Source: Acidobacteriota bacterium
GTDB taxonomy: Bacteria > Acidobacteriota > Terriglobia > Terriglobales > Acidobacteriaceae
Reading direction: 5' to 3'
DNA: 64,000 bases
Assembly (NCBI GenBank): GCA_018268855.1
Contig: JAFDVR010000003.1
Location: 509 to 64,508 of the forward strand
The notes below the pieces were generated by a model, which was not told the DNA's origin, did no database searches, and was given only the letters and a program-made list of their open reading frames with translations. The position numbers were made by a program, and so were the translations under genes. Below, one piece after another: positions 33,950 through 41,688 of the stretch (position 1 is the stretch's first letter; each line of letters opens with the position of its first letter).

Positions 33950-35397
33950 AGAGAGTATGGAAGCGATGGCAGCCGGGATGGCTGATCGGTGTGTTGCTGG
34001 GGTGGGCGCTTGGCGGAATGGGTGGGGTGGCGCACGCTGAAGTGTTGCGAACGCATGTGGCGGACACGCTGTATACGGCGGATGGAGGTGCGGCGCATGG
34101 GACGGCGCTGATCAGTTGGCCTTCCTTCACGACGGCGGCGGGTGAGACGGTGGCGAAGGGCAGCATGGCGGTGACGCTGGGGGAGACGGGCGGGCTGAGT
34201 GTGTCGCTGGCTCCGAATGCGGGCGCGTCGCCGGTGAACACGTATTACACGGTGGTGTTTCACCTGGGGGATGGAGCGGTGAGCCGCGAGTTCTGGGTGG
34301 TGCCTGTGTCGGAGAGCGATGTAAGGCTGGAGCAGGTGCGGGTGAGCGTGCTGCCTGCTTCGGTGGCGATGCAGACGGTGAGCAGGCAGTATGTGGACCA
34401 GGCGATTGCGCGCGCCGTTGCGGAGTTGTCGAACGACGATTCGACTGCGTATGTGCGGAAGGCGGGAGATACGATGGCGGGGCCGCTGGTGCTGCCGGGC
34501 GATCCTGTGTTGGGCACGCAGGCTTCGACGAAAAGTTATGTGGATGCGAGCGTGGCGCAAACGATCTCCGGCCTTGGCAGCATGTCTATGCAGAACGCGG
34601 ATGCGGTGCATGTGACGGGTGGCGTGTTGAGCGGGCTGACGAGTGCAGGCATGGACAGGCTGGACCTGACGATTGGAACGACGAGCGCGCATGGGTTGAA
34701 CTTTGGCGATGCGAACCTGTACCGCTCGGCGGAAGGGCAGACGGTGTTCAACGCGAATGCGAGTGGCGAGATTGGCGTGACGGTGTCGAACCTGAACAAT
34801 GGGCCGGGTGCGGACTCATTTTTTCGCGTGCAGTCGAACAACGCGATCACGACGTCGTTCGGTTTTTATGCGTTCGGTCCGGGACGTGGAGCGGGTGGAT
34901 TGATTAAGCCCTTGTCCGGGTATCTATCGACGGCAAATGGAATGACGAACGGCATGGTGATTGCGACGGAGAGCGCGGCCCCGGTTGTGTTTGGGTACAA
35001 CAACGCGGAGAGCGTGCGGGTGCAGCAGGGGCTTTCGGTGGGGACGTCCGCGGACCCGGGCGCGGGCAATGTCCTGGCGGCGGGCGCGGTGATCGGCAGC
35101 GTGCAGGCGATCGCGTACAGCGCGACTCCGGTGTTGAGCGTGCATGGCAATGCGAACCGGATTGTGCTGACGGGCGATGTGGTGTCGAGCACGATGGATG
35201 CGGGCGCGGACGGGCAACGGATGTGCATTGCCGTGGTGCAGGATGCGACCGGGGGACATGCGTTTGCGTGGCCGGTGAACATGCTTGGCGCGATGACGGT
35301 GGGGACGGCCGCGGGCAAGCGGAGTCAGCAGTGTTTTGTGTATTACGCGGCGGATGGAGCATGGATAGCGGAGAGTGCGGGCGTAGTGAATGAGTAG
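33946..35397 (+). CDS. Phage tail-fibre-like protein
   Basis: 483 aa. Contains the tail-fibre hallmark YVRKAGDTMAGPLVLPGDP...STKSYVDASVAQ and a C-terminal tip-like segment ...IAVVQDATGGHAFAWPVN.... The hydrophobic N-terminus is atypical for a fibre. Confidence 0.5.
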   Translation: MKRVWKRWQPGWLIGVLLGWALGGMGGVAHAEVLRTHVADTLYTADGGAAHGTALISWPSFTTAAGETVAKGSMAVTLGETGGLSVSLAPNAGASPVNTYYTVVFHLGDGAVSREFWVVPVSESDVRLEQVRVSVLPASVAMQTVSRQYVDQAIARAVAELSNDDSTAYVRKAGDTMAGPLVLPGDPVLGTQASTKSYVDASVAQTISGLGSMSMQNADAVHVTGGVLSGLTSAGMDRLDLTIGTTSAHGLNFGDANLYRSAEGQTVFNANASGEIGVTVSNLNNGPGADSFFRVQSNNAITTSFGFYAFGPGRGAGGLIKPLSGYLSTANGMTNGMVIATESAAPVVFGYNNAESVRVQQGLSVGTSADPGAGNVLAAGAVIGSVQAIAYSATPVLSVHGNANRIVLTGDVVSSTMDAGADGQRMCIAVVQDATGGHAFAWPVNMLGAMTVGTAAGKRSQQCFVYYAADGAWIAESAGVVNE

Positions 35398-35472
35398 GTG
35401 CTGCGGTGCTGCGCGCACGGCGCTCCTGCGCGGAGGGCGGACTGCTTTGCGTGGCGCTTCCGCTGGTCGCGA
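35398..35472 (+). repeat. Family-A repeat, full 75-nt copy starting directly after the TAG stop
   Basis: GTGCTGCGGTGCTGCGCGCACGGCGCTCCTGCGCGGAGGGCGGACTGCTTTGCGTGGCGCTTCCGCTGGTCGCGA. Confidence 0.85.
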
Positions 35473-35595
35473 GGAAGAGTGTTGGCGGGGTCGAGAGAGC
35501 CTGCGGCTAAAGTCGTTTTTGTGGCCGGGATCTTCAGGGGCCTGAAGATCCCGGCTCCCTCCGAATGGGGCACCCGCTTTTGGTTGAAAGGACGG

Positions 35596-37044
35596 ATGGG
35601 GGATGGGGTGAAGGAGAGTGAGTGGGCTTTGCTGGGCCGGAGACTGGATCTCCGGCCTGATTGTTTGGCGGGTGTGCGGCTGGCGGAGACGTTGTTGCGG
35701 ATTCGGAACAAGAGCGGGGCGATTGTGCCGCTGGTTGCGAACCGCGCGCAGAGAGCGTTTGAGTGCAGGGCGGGCCGCGCGAATGTGGTGTTGAAGGCGC
35801 GGCAGATGGGGATGACGACGTGGATTGCGGGACGGTTTCTGTTGAAGACGATCCTGATCCCCGGCACCACGAGTGTGCTGGTGGCGCATACGCGCGAGGC
35901 GGCGGAGCAGATGTTCACCGTGGTGCGAAGGATGTGGGAGCACCTGCCGGAGGACCTGCGTGAAGGCGCGGGACGGACGGCGCGGCTGAATGCGGGCGCG
36001 ATGGTGTTTGGCGAGATCGATTCAGAGTTTCGCGTGGTGAGCGCGGCGGAGATGAATGCAGGTCGCGGCGTGACGATACGAAATCTGCATTGCAGTGAGG
36101 TGTCGCGGTGGCCGGGCGATGCGATGGAGACGCTGGCGGGTTTGAAGGCGGCGCTGGTGCCGGGCGGCGAGCTGGTGATGGAGTCCACTGCGAATGGAGC
36201 GTTTGGATGCTTCTATCGCGAGTGGATGCAGGCGGAGGAGAAGGGCGTGGTGCGGCACTTTTTTCCATGGTGGATGGAGGAGAGTTATCGTGCGCGCGCG
36301 GTACAGCGGAGTTCGCTGCGCGAGGATGAGCAGAGGCTGGTGGAGCGCGAAGGACTGCAGCTGGACCAGATCGGTTTCCGGCGGGAGCTGGAGCGAACGT
36401 ACGGCACGATGCGGGTGCAGGAGTTTGCGGAAGATGCGGTGAGTTGCTTCCGGGCGAGCGGCGACTGCGTGTTCGATGTGGCGGGACTGGTGGCGTGTGA
36501 GCCGCTGGAGACGCGGTGGAACGGTGCTCTGCATATATGGCTGCCGCCGGTGACTGGGCGAACGTACGGCATGGGTGTGGACCCGGCCGGAGGCGGGAGC
36601 GAAGGAGATTTTGCCGCGGTGCAGGTGGTGGACCAGTTGACGGGAATGCAGTGCGCGGAGCTGCGGGCGAGACTGCATCCGCGTGTGCTGTCGGGGCATG
36701 TGACGGAGCTGGCGCGGGAGTACAACGATGCGATGGTGGCGGTGGAGAGAAACAATCATGGCGCGGCAGTGCTGGCTTATCTGGATGGGCGCAATCTGCG
36801 GATGTACGTCGAGCATGGGCAGATGGGGATGTTGACGACGAACTTTTCGCGCGCGGAGATGATTGCGTGGATGGGTGTGTTGCTGACGGAACGGCCGGCG
36901 CTGTTCCGGAGCGCACGGCTGATGGAGGAGTGCAGGTCGTTTGTGTTGACGAAGAGTGGACGGGCAGAGGCCGCGAGTGGGACGCATGATGACCTGGTGA
37001 TGGCGATGGGTGTGGCGCAGCGGCAGCGAGTTGTTAGTTGTTAG
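35596..37044 (+). CDS. Phage terminase large subunit
   Basis: Tracked ORF starts at 35398 inside the repeat. I chose the ATG at 35596 (MGDGVKES...). Walker-A-like VVLKARQMGMTTW. Nuclease-half pattern ...NLHCSEVSRW...ESTANGAFGCFY...HDDLVMAMGVA. Confidence 0.75.
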   Translation: MGDGVKESEWALLGRRLDLRPDCLAGVRLAETLLRIRNKSGAIVPLVANRAQRAFECRAGRANVVLKARQMGMTTWIAGRFLLKTILIPGTTSVLVAHTREAAEQMFTVVRRMWEHLPEDLREGAGRTARLNAGAMVFGEIDSEFRVVSAAEMNAGRGVTIRNLHCSEVSRWPGDAMETLAGLKAALVPGGELVMESTANGAFGCFYREWMQAEEKGVVRHFFPWWMEESYRARAVQRSSLREDEQRLVEREGLQLDQIGFRRELERTYGTMRVQEFAEDAVSCFRASGDCVFDVAGLVACEPLETRWNGALHIWLPPVTGRTYGMGVDPAGGGSEGDFAAVQVVDQLTGMQCAELRARLHPRVLSGHVTELAREYNDAMVAVERNNHGAAVLAYLDGRNLRMYVEHGQMGMLTTNFSRAEMIAWMGVLLTERPALFRSARLMEECRSFVLTKSGRAEAASGTHDDLVMAMGVAQRQRVVSC

Positions 37045-37060
37045 TTGTTAGGTGTATGGC

Positions 37061-37160
37061 GGGATTGCTTCGCTTGGCGCTCCCGTTGGTCGGTGCTGCG
37101 CGCACGGCGCTCCTGCGCGCAGGGCGGGAACGCTTTGCGCGGCGCTTCCGTTGGTCGCGA
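37061..37160 (+). repeat. Family-A repeat, about 1.5 copies
   Basis: GGATTGCTTCGCTTGGCGCTCCCGTTGGTCG then GTGCTGCGCGCACGGCGCTCCTGCGCGCAGGGCGGGAACGCTTTGCGCGGCGCTTCCGTTGGTCGCGA. Same half-plus-full layout as 63858-63929. Confidence 0.8.
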
Positions 37161-37185
37161 TTGGAGCTTGTGATTGGTTTGGAAG

Positions 37186-37240
37186 AAAGCAGGTCTCTCC
37201 ACTACGGGCGCAAAAAGCGCGCCCTTCGGTCGAGATGACG
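37186..37240 (+). repeat. Family-C repeat
   Basis: AAAGCAGGTCTCTCCACTACGGGCGCAAAAAGCGCGCCCTTCGGTCGAGATGACG. Copies at 39923, 40974, 41781. Short relatives at about 28873, 38259, 42325, 56097. Confidence 0.85.
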
Positions 37241-37274
37241 TATTGGTAAATGAGGACGATTTGCCTCGCGAGCA

Positions 37275-37315
37275 AACCCACCCATGCGCAAATAGCGCGC
37301 ATGGATGGGGCACCC
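37275..37315 (+). repeat. Family-D repeat (variant)
   Basis: AACCCACCCATGCGCAAATAGCGCGCATGGATGGGGCACCC. Hairpin CCATGCGC/GCGCATGG. Relatives at 38344, 39521 and inverted at 43541. Confidence 0.75.
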
Positions 37316-37348
37316 CTCTATGCGCGATGAGGATGTCGTAAGCTTTGG

Positions 37349-38221
37349 ATGCGGCTGGTTGAGGGGTTTGGCGTGGCGGTTTTGGCGGTGCAGGCGATTC
37401 GCAGGATGCGCGGCGGGGCGCAGAGCCAGTTGATGCTGGGAGCGGATGGCCATCTCTGGGTGGTGAAGTTTCAGAACAATCCTCAGCATTTGCGTGTGCT
37501 GGCGAATGAGTTGATCGCGACTCGTCTGGCGGAGGCGGTGGGACTGAGTGTGCCTGCGACCGATGTGGTGGAAGTGACGGAGTGGCTGATTGCGCATTCG
37601 CCGGAGATGATGGTGGACCGCGGCAAGGGTGTGCGCGAACGGTGCGCGGCGGGGTTGCAGTTTGGATCGCGGTTCATTGGCGGTCTCATGCCGGGGCAGG
37701 TTTTGGACTATGTTCCGGAAGACCAGATTGCAGAGGTGCGCAATGTGGAGGAGTTTGCCGGGATGCTGGTGATCGATAAGTGGACCGGCAATGCGAATGG
37801 GCGGCAGGCGGTGTTTCATCGCAGGCCGCGAGAGCGGAAGTATCGCGCTACGTTCATCGACCAGGGGTATTGTTTCCATGCGGGTGATTGGACGTTTTCG
37901 GATGCGCCGTTGCGTGGGGTGTATCAACGCAACGCTGTTTACGCCGGTGTGACGGGGTGGGAGAGTTTTGAGCCGTGGCTCTCGCGTGTGGAGACGATGA
38001 GCGAGGATACGGTGTTTGCGATTGCGGAGGCTGTTCCGCCGGAGTGGTATGGCGGCGATCCTGCGGAGCTGGAGCAGTTGATGGTGCGATTGCTAGAGCG
38101 GCGGGCGCGGGTGCGGGAGTTGATTGTGTCGTTTCGGGATTCAGATCGGGAGCCGTTTCCACATTGGGGACGGAAGAAGGTTGTTTTTGGGAAGATGCCG
38201 GAGCCGCGGTTTGTTAACTAG
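37349..38221 (+). CDS. HipA-like (PI3/4-kinase-fold) putative Ser/Thr kinase
   Basis: 290 aa. Catalytic-loop-like LVIDKWTGNANGRQ (Asp then Asn at +5, as in HipA GNxDxHxKN and in protein kinases). Metal-binding-like ATFIDQGYCF. N-terminus ...GGAQSQLMLGADGHLWVVKFQNNPQ.... Assignment made by eye only. Confidence 0.6.
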   Translation: MRLVEGFGVAVLAVQAIRRMRGGAQSQLMLGADGHLWVVKFQNNPQHLRVLANELIATRLAEAVGLSVPATDVVEVTEWLIAHSPEMMVDRGKGVRERCAAGLQFGSRFIGGLMPGQVLDYVPEDQIAEVRNVEEFAGMLVIDKWTGNANGRQAVFHRRPRERKYRATFIDQGYCFHAGDWTFSDAPLRGVYQRNAVYAGVTGWESFEPWLSRVETMSEDTVFAIAEAVPPEWYGGDPAELEQLMVRLLERRARVRELIVSFRDSDREPFPHWGRKKVVFGKMPEPRFVN

Positions 38222-38290
38222 CTCCTGCGCGGAGGGCGGAAGACGCGCTTCGCGCGTGAAAGCAGATTCCTCGCTGCGCTCGGAATGACA
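38221..38290 (+). repeat. Family-A partial copy plus short family-C-like unit, starting at the TAG stop of the kinase gene
   Basis: (TA)GCTCCTGCGCGGAGGGCGGAAGACGCGCTTCGCGCGTG then AAAGCAGATTCCTCGCTGCGCTCGGAATGACA. Confidence 0.8.
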
Positions 38291-38343
38291 ATGTATGGGT
38301 ACGTTGAAGAGTTTGGTGGTTGGGTTGCATTGAGAGTGTGAGA

Positions 38344-38385
38344 CCCCACCCTTTCGCGATAAAGCCGCGAAAGAATGGGGCACCC
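38344..38385 (+). repeat. Family-D repeat
   Basis: CCCCACCCTTTCGCGATAAAGCCGCGAAAGAATGGGGCACCC. Hairpin TTTCGCG/CGCGAAA. Nearly identical copy at 39521-39562. Confidence 0.85.
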
Positions 38386-39226
38386 AGAGTGGGAGGTGGG
38401 TTTGGCGGCGCGGGTTCCTTGTGAGTTCTTCCTGGTGCGGTATGTGCCGGATGCGGTGAAGAACGAGTTTGTGAACATTGGGGTGGTGCTGCGGGAGGCG
38501 GCGCGTCCTGAGGGCGCGGTGGTGCGTTTTACACGCGACTGGAGCCGCGTGCGGTGCATGGACCCGGATGCGGATACGGGGATGCTGGAGTCGCTGGAGG
38601 GTGAGATTGCGGCGCGGCTGCGGCTGGGGGATGCGGACTTCAAGCCGGTGATGCGGGTGATGGAGGATACCTTCTCCAATGCGGTGCAGTTGAGTGAGCC
38701 GCGTGCTTCGCTGGCGGAGAGCGTGGCTGCCGAGATGGAGCAGTTGATGGCGATGTATGTAGAAAGCCGCCGTGAGCGTGTGGCGCGGAAGCGAACGGGG
38801 CGCGCGGCGTTGCAGGCGGAGATGCGTGGAGCGTTTGAGCATGCGGGTGTTTGGGAGTTGATGCGCAAACGGATTGCGGCGGCGGAGTATACGAGAGTGG
38901 GTGATCCGCTGAAGATCGATTGCGGCTACAGGCCGGACTTTTATTCCCAGGCCGCAGGCGCTTATTCCCAGGCCGCAGGCGCTGTGGTGAGGATGTTCCA
39001 TGCCGTATCTCTCGAAGGTGATTTGGAGGCGGCGAAGGTGTTGGCGTTTGCTGCGCCGGCTTTGCGCGATGGATTGCAGCGGGTGGAAGGCGCTTCTCTT
39101 GATCTTGCCGCCGTGGTTGAGCCGGTGCGGCAGGTGGAGGAGTCGTTTGCTGAAGAGGGTTTGGAGCGGTACCGGTATGGTGTGGAGACGATGGAGAGTG
39201 CGGGGATTCGAGTGATTGCGGCTTAG
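38375..39226 (+). CDS. DUF3037-like protein of unknown function
   Basis: 283 aa. N-terminal CEFFLVRYVPDAVKNEFVNIGVVLRE...VVRFTRDWSRVRCMDPDAD matches my recollection of the DUF3037 signature (aromatic-x-h-h-R-[FY]-V-P-x5-E-F-h-N-h-G-V-h-L). The ATG at 38375 lies inside the family-D repeat, so the true start may be slightly downstream. Confidence 0.55.
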   Translation: MGHPEWEVGLAARVPCEFFLVRYVPDAVKNEFVNIGVVLREAARPEGAVVRFTRDWSRVRCMDPDADTGMLESLEGEIAARLRLGDADFKPVMRVMEDTFSNAVQLSEPRASLAESVAAEMEQLMAMYVESRRERVARKRTGRAALQAEMRGAFEHAGVWELMRKRIAAAEYTRVGDPLKIDCGYRPDFYSQAAGAYSQAAGAVVRMFHAVSLEGDLEAAKVLAFAAPALRDGLQRVEGASLDLAAVVEPVRQVEESFAEEGLERYRYGVETMESAGIRVIAA

Positions 39227-39362
39227 AATCTTGGGGCGGTGGCGGAGACGGCCCGGCGGGAGTTGCGTATCTAGTTGTTAGTTTTTGGTTGTTCGTTGTT
39301 AGTGCGGTGGTTTTGGAGGCGTGCCTGATGGCGCGCCTTTTGTTTTGGAAAACGGAGATTGA

Positions 39363-39425
39363 CCAGGGCTAAAGCCCTTTTCAACGGAGTGGGTAACAGC
39401 GAGCTGAAGCCCGCTTCCCATCCGG
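39363..39425 (+). repeat. Family-B-related repeat
   Basis: CCAGGGCTAAAGCCCTTTTCAACGGAGTGGGTAACAGCGAGCTGAAGCCCGCTTCCCATCCGG. Matches 11693-11757. Confidence 0.8.
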
Positions 39426-39520
39426 TTTGTGGCAGACTTGAGGGTTTAAAAGCAGCGAGTTAGCAAGTCAGCGGTTTATTTCTCGCACGCTTTAGCTTTA
39501 TGGTCGCGCGGCGCGCGATA

Positions 39521-39562
39521 GCCCACCCTTTCGCGATAAAGCCGCGAAAGAATGGGGCACCC
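39521..39562 (+). repeat. Family-D repeat
   Basis: GCCCACCCTTTCGCGATAAAGCCGCGAAAGAATGGGGCACCC. Confidence 0.85.
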
Positions 39563-39601
39563 GGCTTTGGGGCGGAGTTGAGGGTTTAAGTCAGCGGTTT
39601 T

Positions 39602-39632
39602 GGCACAGCTTTTGGGCTGTGCCTTTTTGTTT
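39602..39632 (+). terminator. Intrinsic terminator closing the kinase/DUF3037 unit
   Basis: GGCACAGC-TTTTGG-GCTGTGCC followed by TTTTTGTTTG. Immediately upstream of the portal RBS (GGAGGTGGG at 39635-39643). Confidence 0.6.
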
Positions 39633-39646
39633 GTGGAGGTGGGTGT

Positions 39647-40918
39647 GTGGGTGTGAAGGAGAGATTGCGCGGGGCCTGGGATTGTCTGCGTGTGGATGCG
39701 CGTGAGCGTGGGGCGCGGAAGACGGCGATGTTGCCTGGGGTGTTGACGGCTTTTCGTCCTGCTGGTGTGGCGAATGTAATGCCGAAGCCTACGGCGGCGA
39801 ATCTGCGGCGGTTTGCCGAGACGCCGCTGGCGCGGCGCGCGATCAATGTGGTGAAGGACCGCATTGCCTGCATGGATTGGCAGGTGCGGTGGAAGAGGGA
39901 TGCGGATTTGCAGCGGATGGGAAAAGCAGATCTCTCCACTGCGGACGCAAAAAGCGCGTCCTTCGGTCGAGATGACGATTCATTATTGCGCATTTTGCGA
40001 CGGTGTCTCGAGGCGCCGAATCCTGGAGATTCGTTTCGCACGTTGATGGAGCAGGTGATCGAGGACGTGCTGGTGGGTGGGTTTGGTGCGATGGAGATGG
40101 AGCTGACCGGGGATGAGGCTGCTCCGTTTCGATTGTGGCCGGTGGATGGCGCGACGATCCAGGTGGATGGCAAGTGGAGTGGCGATGAGAGTGAGCCGCG
40201 GTATGCGCAGGCGAATGGGTTGCAGCGTACTGCTCTGCTGGATGCGGAGTTGATGTATGTGCGGCTGAATGCGCGGACGCATACTCCGTTTGGGCTGGGG
40301 CGGCTGGAGGTTGCGTTTGAGGCGATCAGCCAGTTTTTGCAGGCGAACCGATATGCGCACCGGCTGGCGAGCAATTCCTCTGCGCAGTTTGCGCTTTGGT
40401 TGCAGGACGCCACGCCGGAGCAGCATGGGCGCATGGTGCAGTGGTGGCGCGACTGTGTGGAGGGGTCGGGCGAGGTGCCGATCTTCAGTACGGAGACGAA
40501 GCCGGAGGTGTTGCGCTTCTCGGGCGGAACGGATGCGGACCTGCGGCTGGAGTGGCAGGAGTTTTTGATGCGCATGATTGCGAATGCTTTCGATCTTCCT
40601 CCGATGATGCTGGGCGTGCAGCATGATGTGAACCGCTCCACCGCGACGGAGCTGGCGCAGGAGGCGTTTGAGAGTGCGGTGAAGCCGGTGGCGAAACTGG
40701 TGGCCGAGCATATTACGCGCGATCTGTTTGCGAAGCGGCTGGGACTGACGGAGGTGGAGTTCGTCTTCAACGAGTTGATGACGGAGGACGATGCGAAGGA
40801 CGTGTCAGTGCAGGTGGAGCTGTTGAAGGCGGGTGTGTTGACGGTGGATGAGGTGCGACGGACGTTGGGGTGCTCCGCGCACGGCGATAGACGCGCTTCG
40901 CGCGTGTTCTTTGCGTGA
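39647..40918 (+). CDS. Phage portal protein (HK97-like family)
   Basis: 423 aa (GTG start). ...AINVVKDRIACMDWQV...LEAPNPGDSFRTLMEQVIEDVLVGGFGAMEM...WPVDGATIQV...RYAHRLASN... fits the portal pattern. Contains an in-frame family-C repeat, and its last about 16 codons are family-A repeat sequence. Confidence 0.7.
   Translation: MGVKERLRGAWDCLRVDARERGARKTAMLPGVLTAFRPAGVANVMPKPTAANLRRFAETPLARRAINVVKDRIACMDWQVRWKRDADLQRMGKADLSTADAKSASFGRDDDSLLRILRRCLEAPNPGDSFRTLMEQVIEDVLVGGFGAMEMELTGDEAAPFRLWPVDGATIQVDGKWSGDESEPRYAQANGLQRTALLDAELMYVRLNARTHTPFGLGRLEVAFEAISQFLQANRYAHRLASNSSAQFALWLQDATPEQHGRMVQWWRDCVEGSGEVPIFSTETKPEVLRFSGGTDADLRLEWQEFLMRMIANAFDLPPMMLGVQHDVNRSTATELAQEAFESAVKPVAKLVAEHITRDLFAKRLGLTEVEFVFNELMTEDDAKDVSVQVELLKAGVLTVDEVRRTLGCSAHGDRRASRVFFA
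39923..39977 (+). repeat. Family-C repeat inserted in frame inside the portal ORF
   Basis: AAAGCAGATCTCTCCACTGCGGACGCAAAAAGCGCGTCCTTCGGTCGAGATGACG, translated as KADLSTADAKSASFGRDD within the portal protein. Confidence 0.85.
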
Positions 40919-40949
40919 TGAATTTTGCTGGCGCTTCCGTTGGTCGCGA
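40870..40949 (+). repeat. Family-A repeat spanning the portal 3' end and stop codon
   Basis: GTGCTCCGCGCACGGCGATAGACGCGCTTCGCGCGTGTTCTTTGCGTGATGAATTTTGCTGGCGCTTCCGTTGGTCGCGA. Confidence 0.8.
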
Positions 40950-40973
40950 TGGAGAGTATTACCGACTTGAAAG

Positions 40974-41028
40974 AAAGCAGGTCTCTCCACTGCGCGATTG
41001 CTTTGCAATCGCTCCGGTCGAGATGACG
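40974..41028 (+). repeat. Family-C repeat (variant loop)
   Basis: AAAGCAGGTCTCTCCACTGCGCGATTGCTTTGCAATCGCTCCGGTCGAGATGACG. The central hairpin is replaced by GCGATTGC-TT-GCAATCGC. Confidence 0.8.
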
Positions 41029-41082
41029 GTGTGTATGGGTTATCGAGATGACGATGTGTGTGGTGGGTGTTGTGGAGGTGGA

Positions 41083-41688
41083 ATGCGGGTTGAGGCGATG
41101 GCGGTGGAGTTTCCTGAGGTGAGTGGGCATCCGAACCGGCTGCCGTTTGCGGGTGTGTTGACGCTGGTGGATGTGGCGAGTGATAAGGCCCCGAGTGGGG
41201 CGCGCGGGCATAAGGTGATCCTGACGCGCGCGGCTGCGGAGGCGGCGTTGCCGAGTCTGCTGGGGATGGCGGTGGACTTCAAGGCTGGATGGGATGGGCA
41301 TGATGCGCGGCAGAAGTGCGGCATCATCACGGCGGCGGAGGTGGTTGGCAAGGAGTTACGCGTGAGCGGGTATCTGTTTGCGCGTGACTTTTCCGAGATG
41401 GTGGATGAGATGCGCGCGCATGGTGAGGACGCGCTCGGCATGAGCTATGAGCTTGCCGATGCGCATGTGGTGGACATGCGTGCGAGTGTGTGGACGTTGA
41501 GCAAGGCGACGTTTACCGGTGCGGCGATTCTGTTGCGGGAGAAGGCGGCGTATAAGTCGACCAGCTTCCGGTTGGAGGCGGAGGGTGAGCGGCGGTGCAG
41601 GTTGTTTCCGCGTGCTCGTGGCGTCCAGAGAGGCCGGGGTGAGCGGGTGGTTCCTTCGCGTGTGGAGCGACGGTCCCTCAGGGGCTAA
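41083..41688 (+). CDS. Prohead protease-like protein (HK97 S78-like pattern, tentative)
   Basis: ATG at 41083 follows GGAGGTGG. ...LPFAGVLTLVDV...WDGHDARQKCGIIT...LGMSYEL... resembles the His/Ser arrangement of prohead proteases. The C-terminal codons and stop lie in a family-B repeat. Confidence 0.42.
   Translation: MRVEAMAVEFPEVSGHPNRLPFAGVLTLVDVASDKAPSGARGHKVILTRAAAEAALPSLLGMAVDFKAGWDGHDARQKCGIITAAEVVGKELRVSGYLFARDFSEMVDEMRAHGEDALGMSYELADAHVVDMRASVWTLSKATFTGAAILLREKAAYKSTSFRLEAEGERRCRLFPRARGVQRGRGERVVPSRVERRSLRG

Noticed and set aside
35395-35598. The tail-fibre ORF and the terminase ORF are in the same frame, separated by a single TAG. The frame stays open through the 200-bp repeat spacer, which could hint at stop-codon read-through or a fusion protein.
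   Set aside because: GC-rich repeats rarely contain stops in any frame, and one in three neighbours share a frame by chance. A good ATG with a purine-rich RBS exists at 35596. The equivalent frame after the receptor gene (11600 onward) closes after 51 codons. There is no positive evidence for read-through.
33316-36916. Minus-strand ORFs of 300-460 aa (33316-34692, 34924-35943, 35343-36188, 35915-36916, 36022-36987). Further ones lie across the phage-derived cluster (43105-44865, 45072-46172, 46552-48369, 47723-48436).
   Set aside because: They have extreme Arg/Pro/His/Ser low-complexity translations with no start-site signals. The plus strand encodes recognisable terminase, portal, capsid and tail-like proteins.
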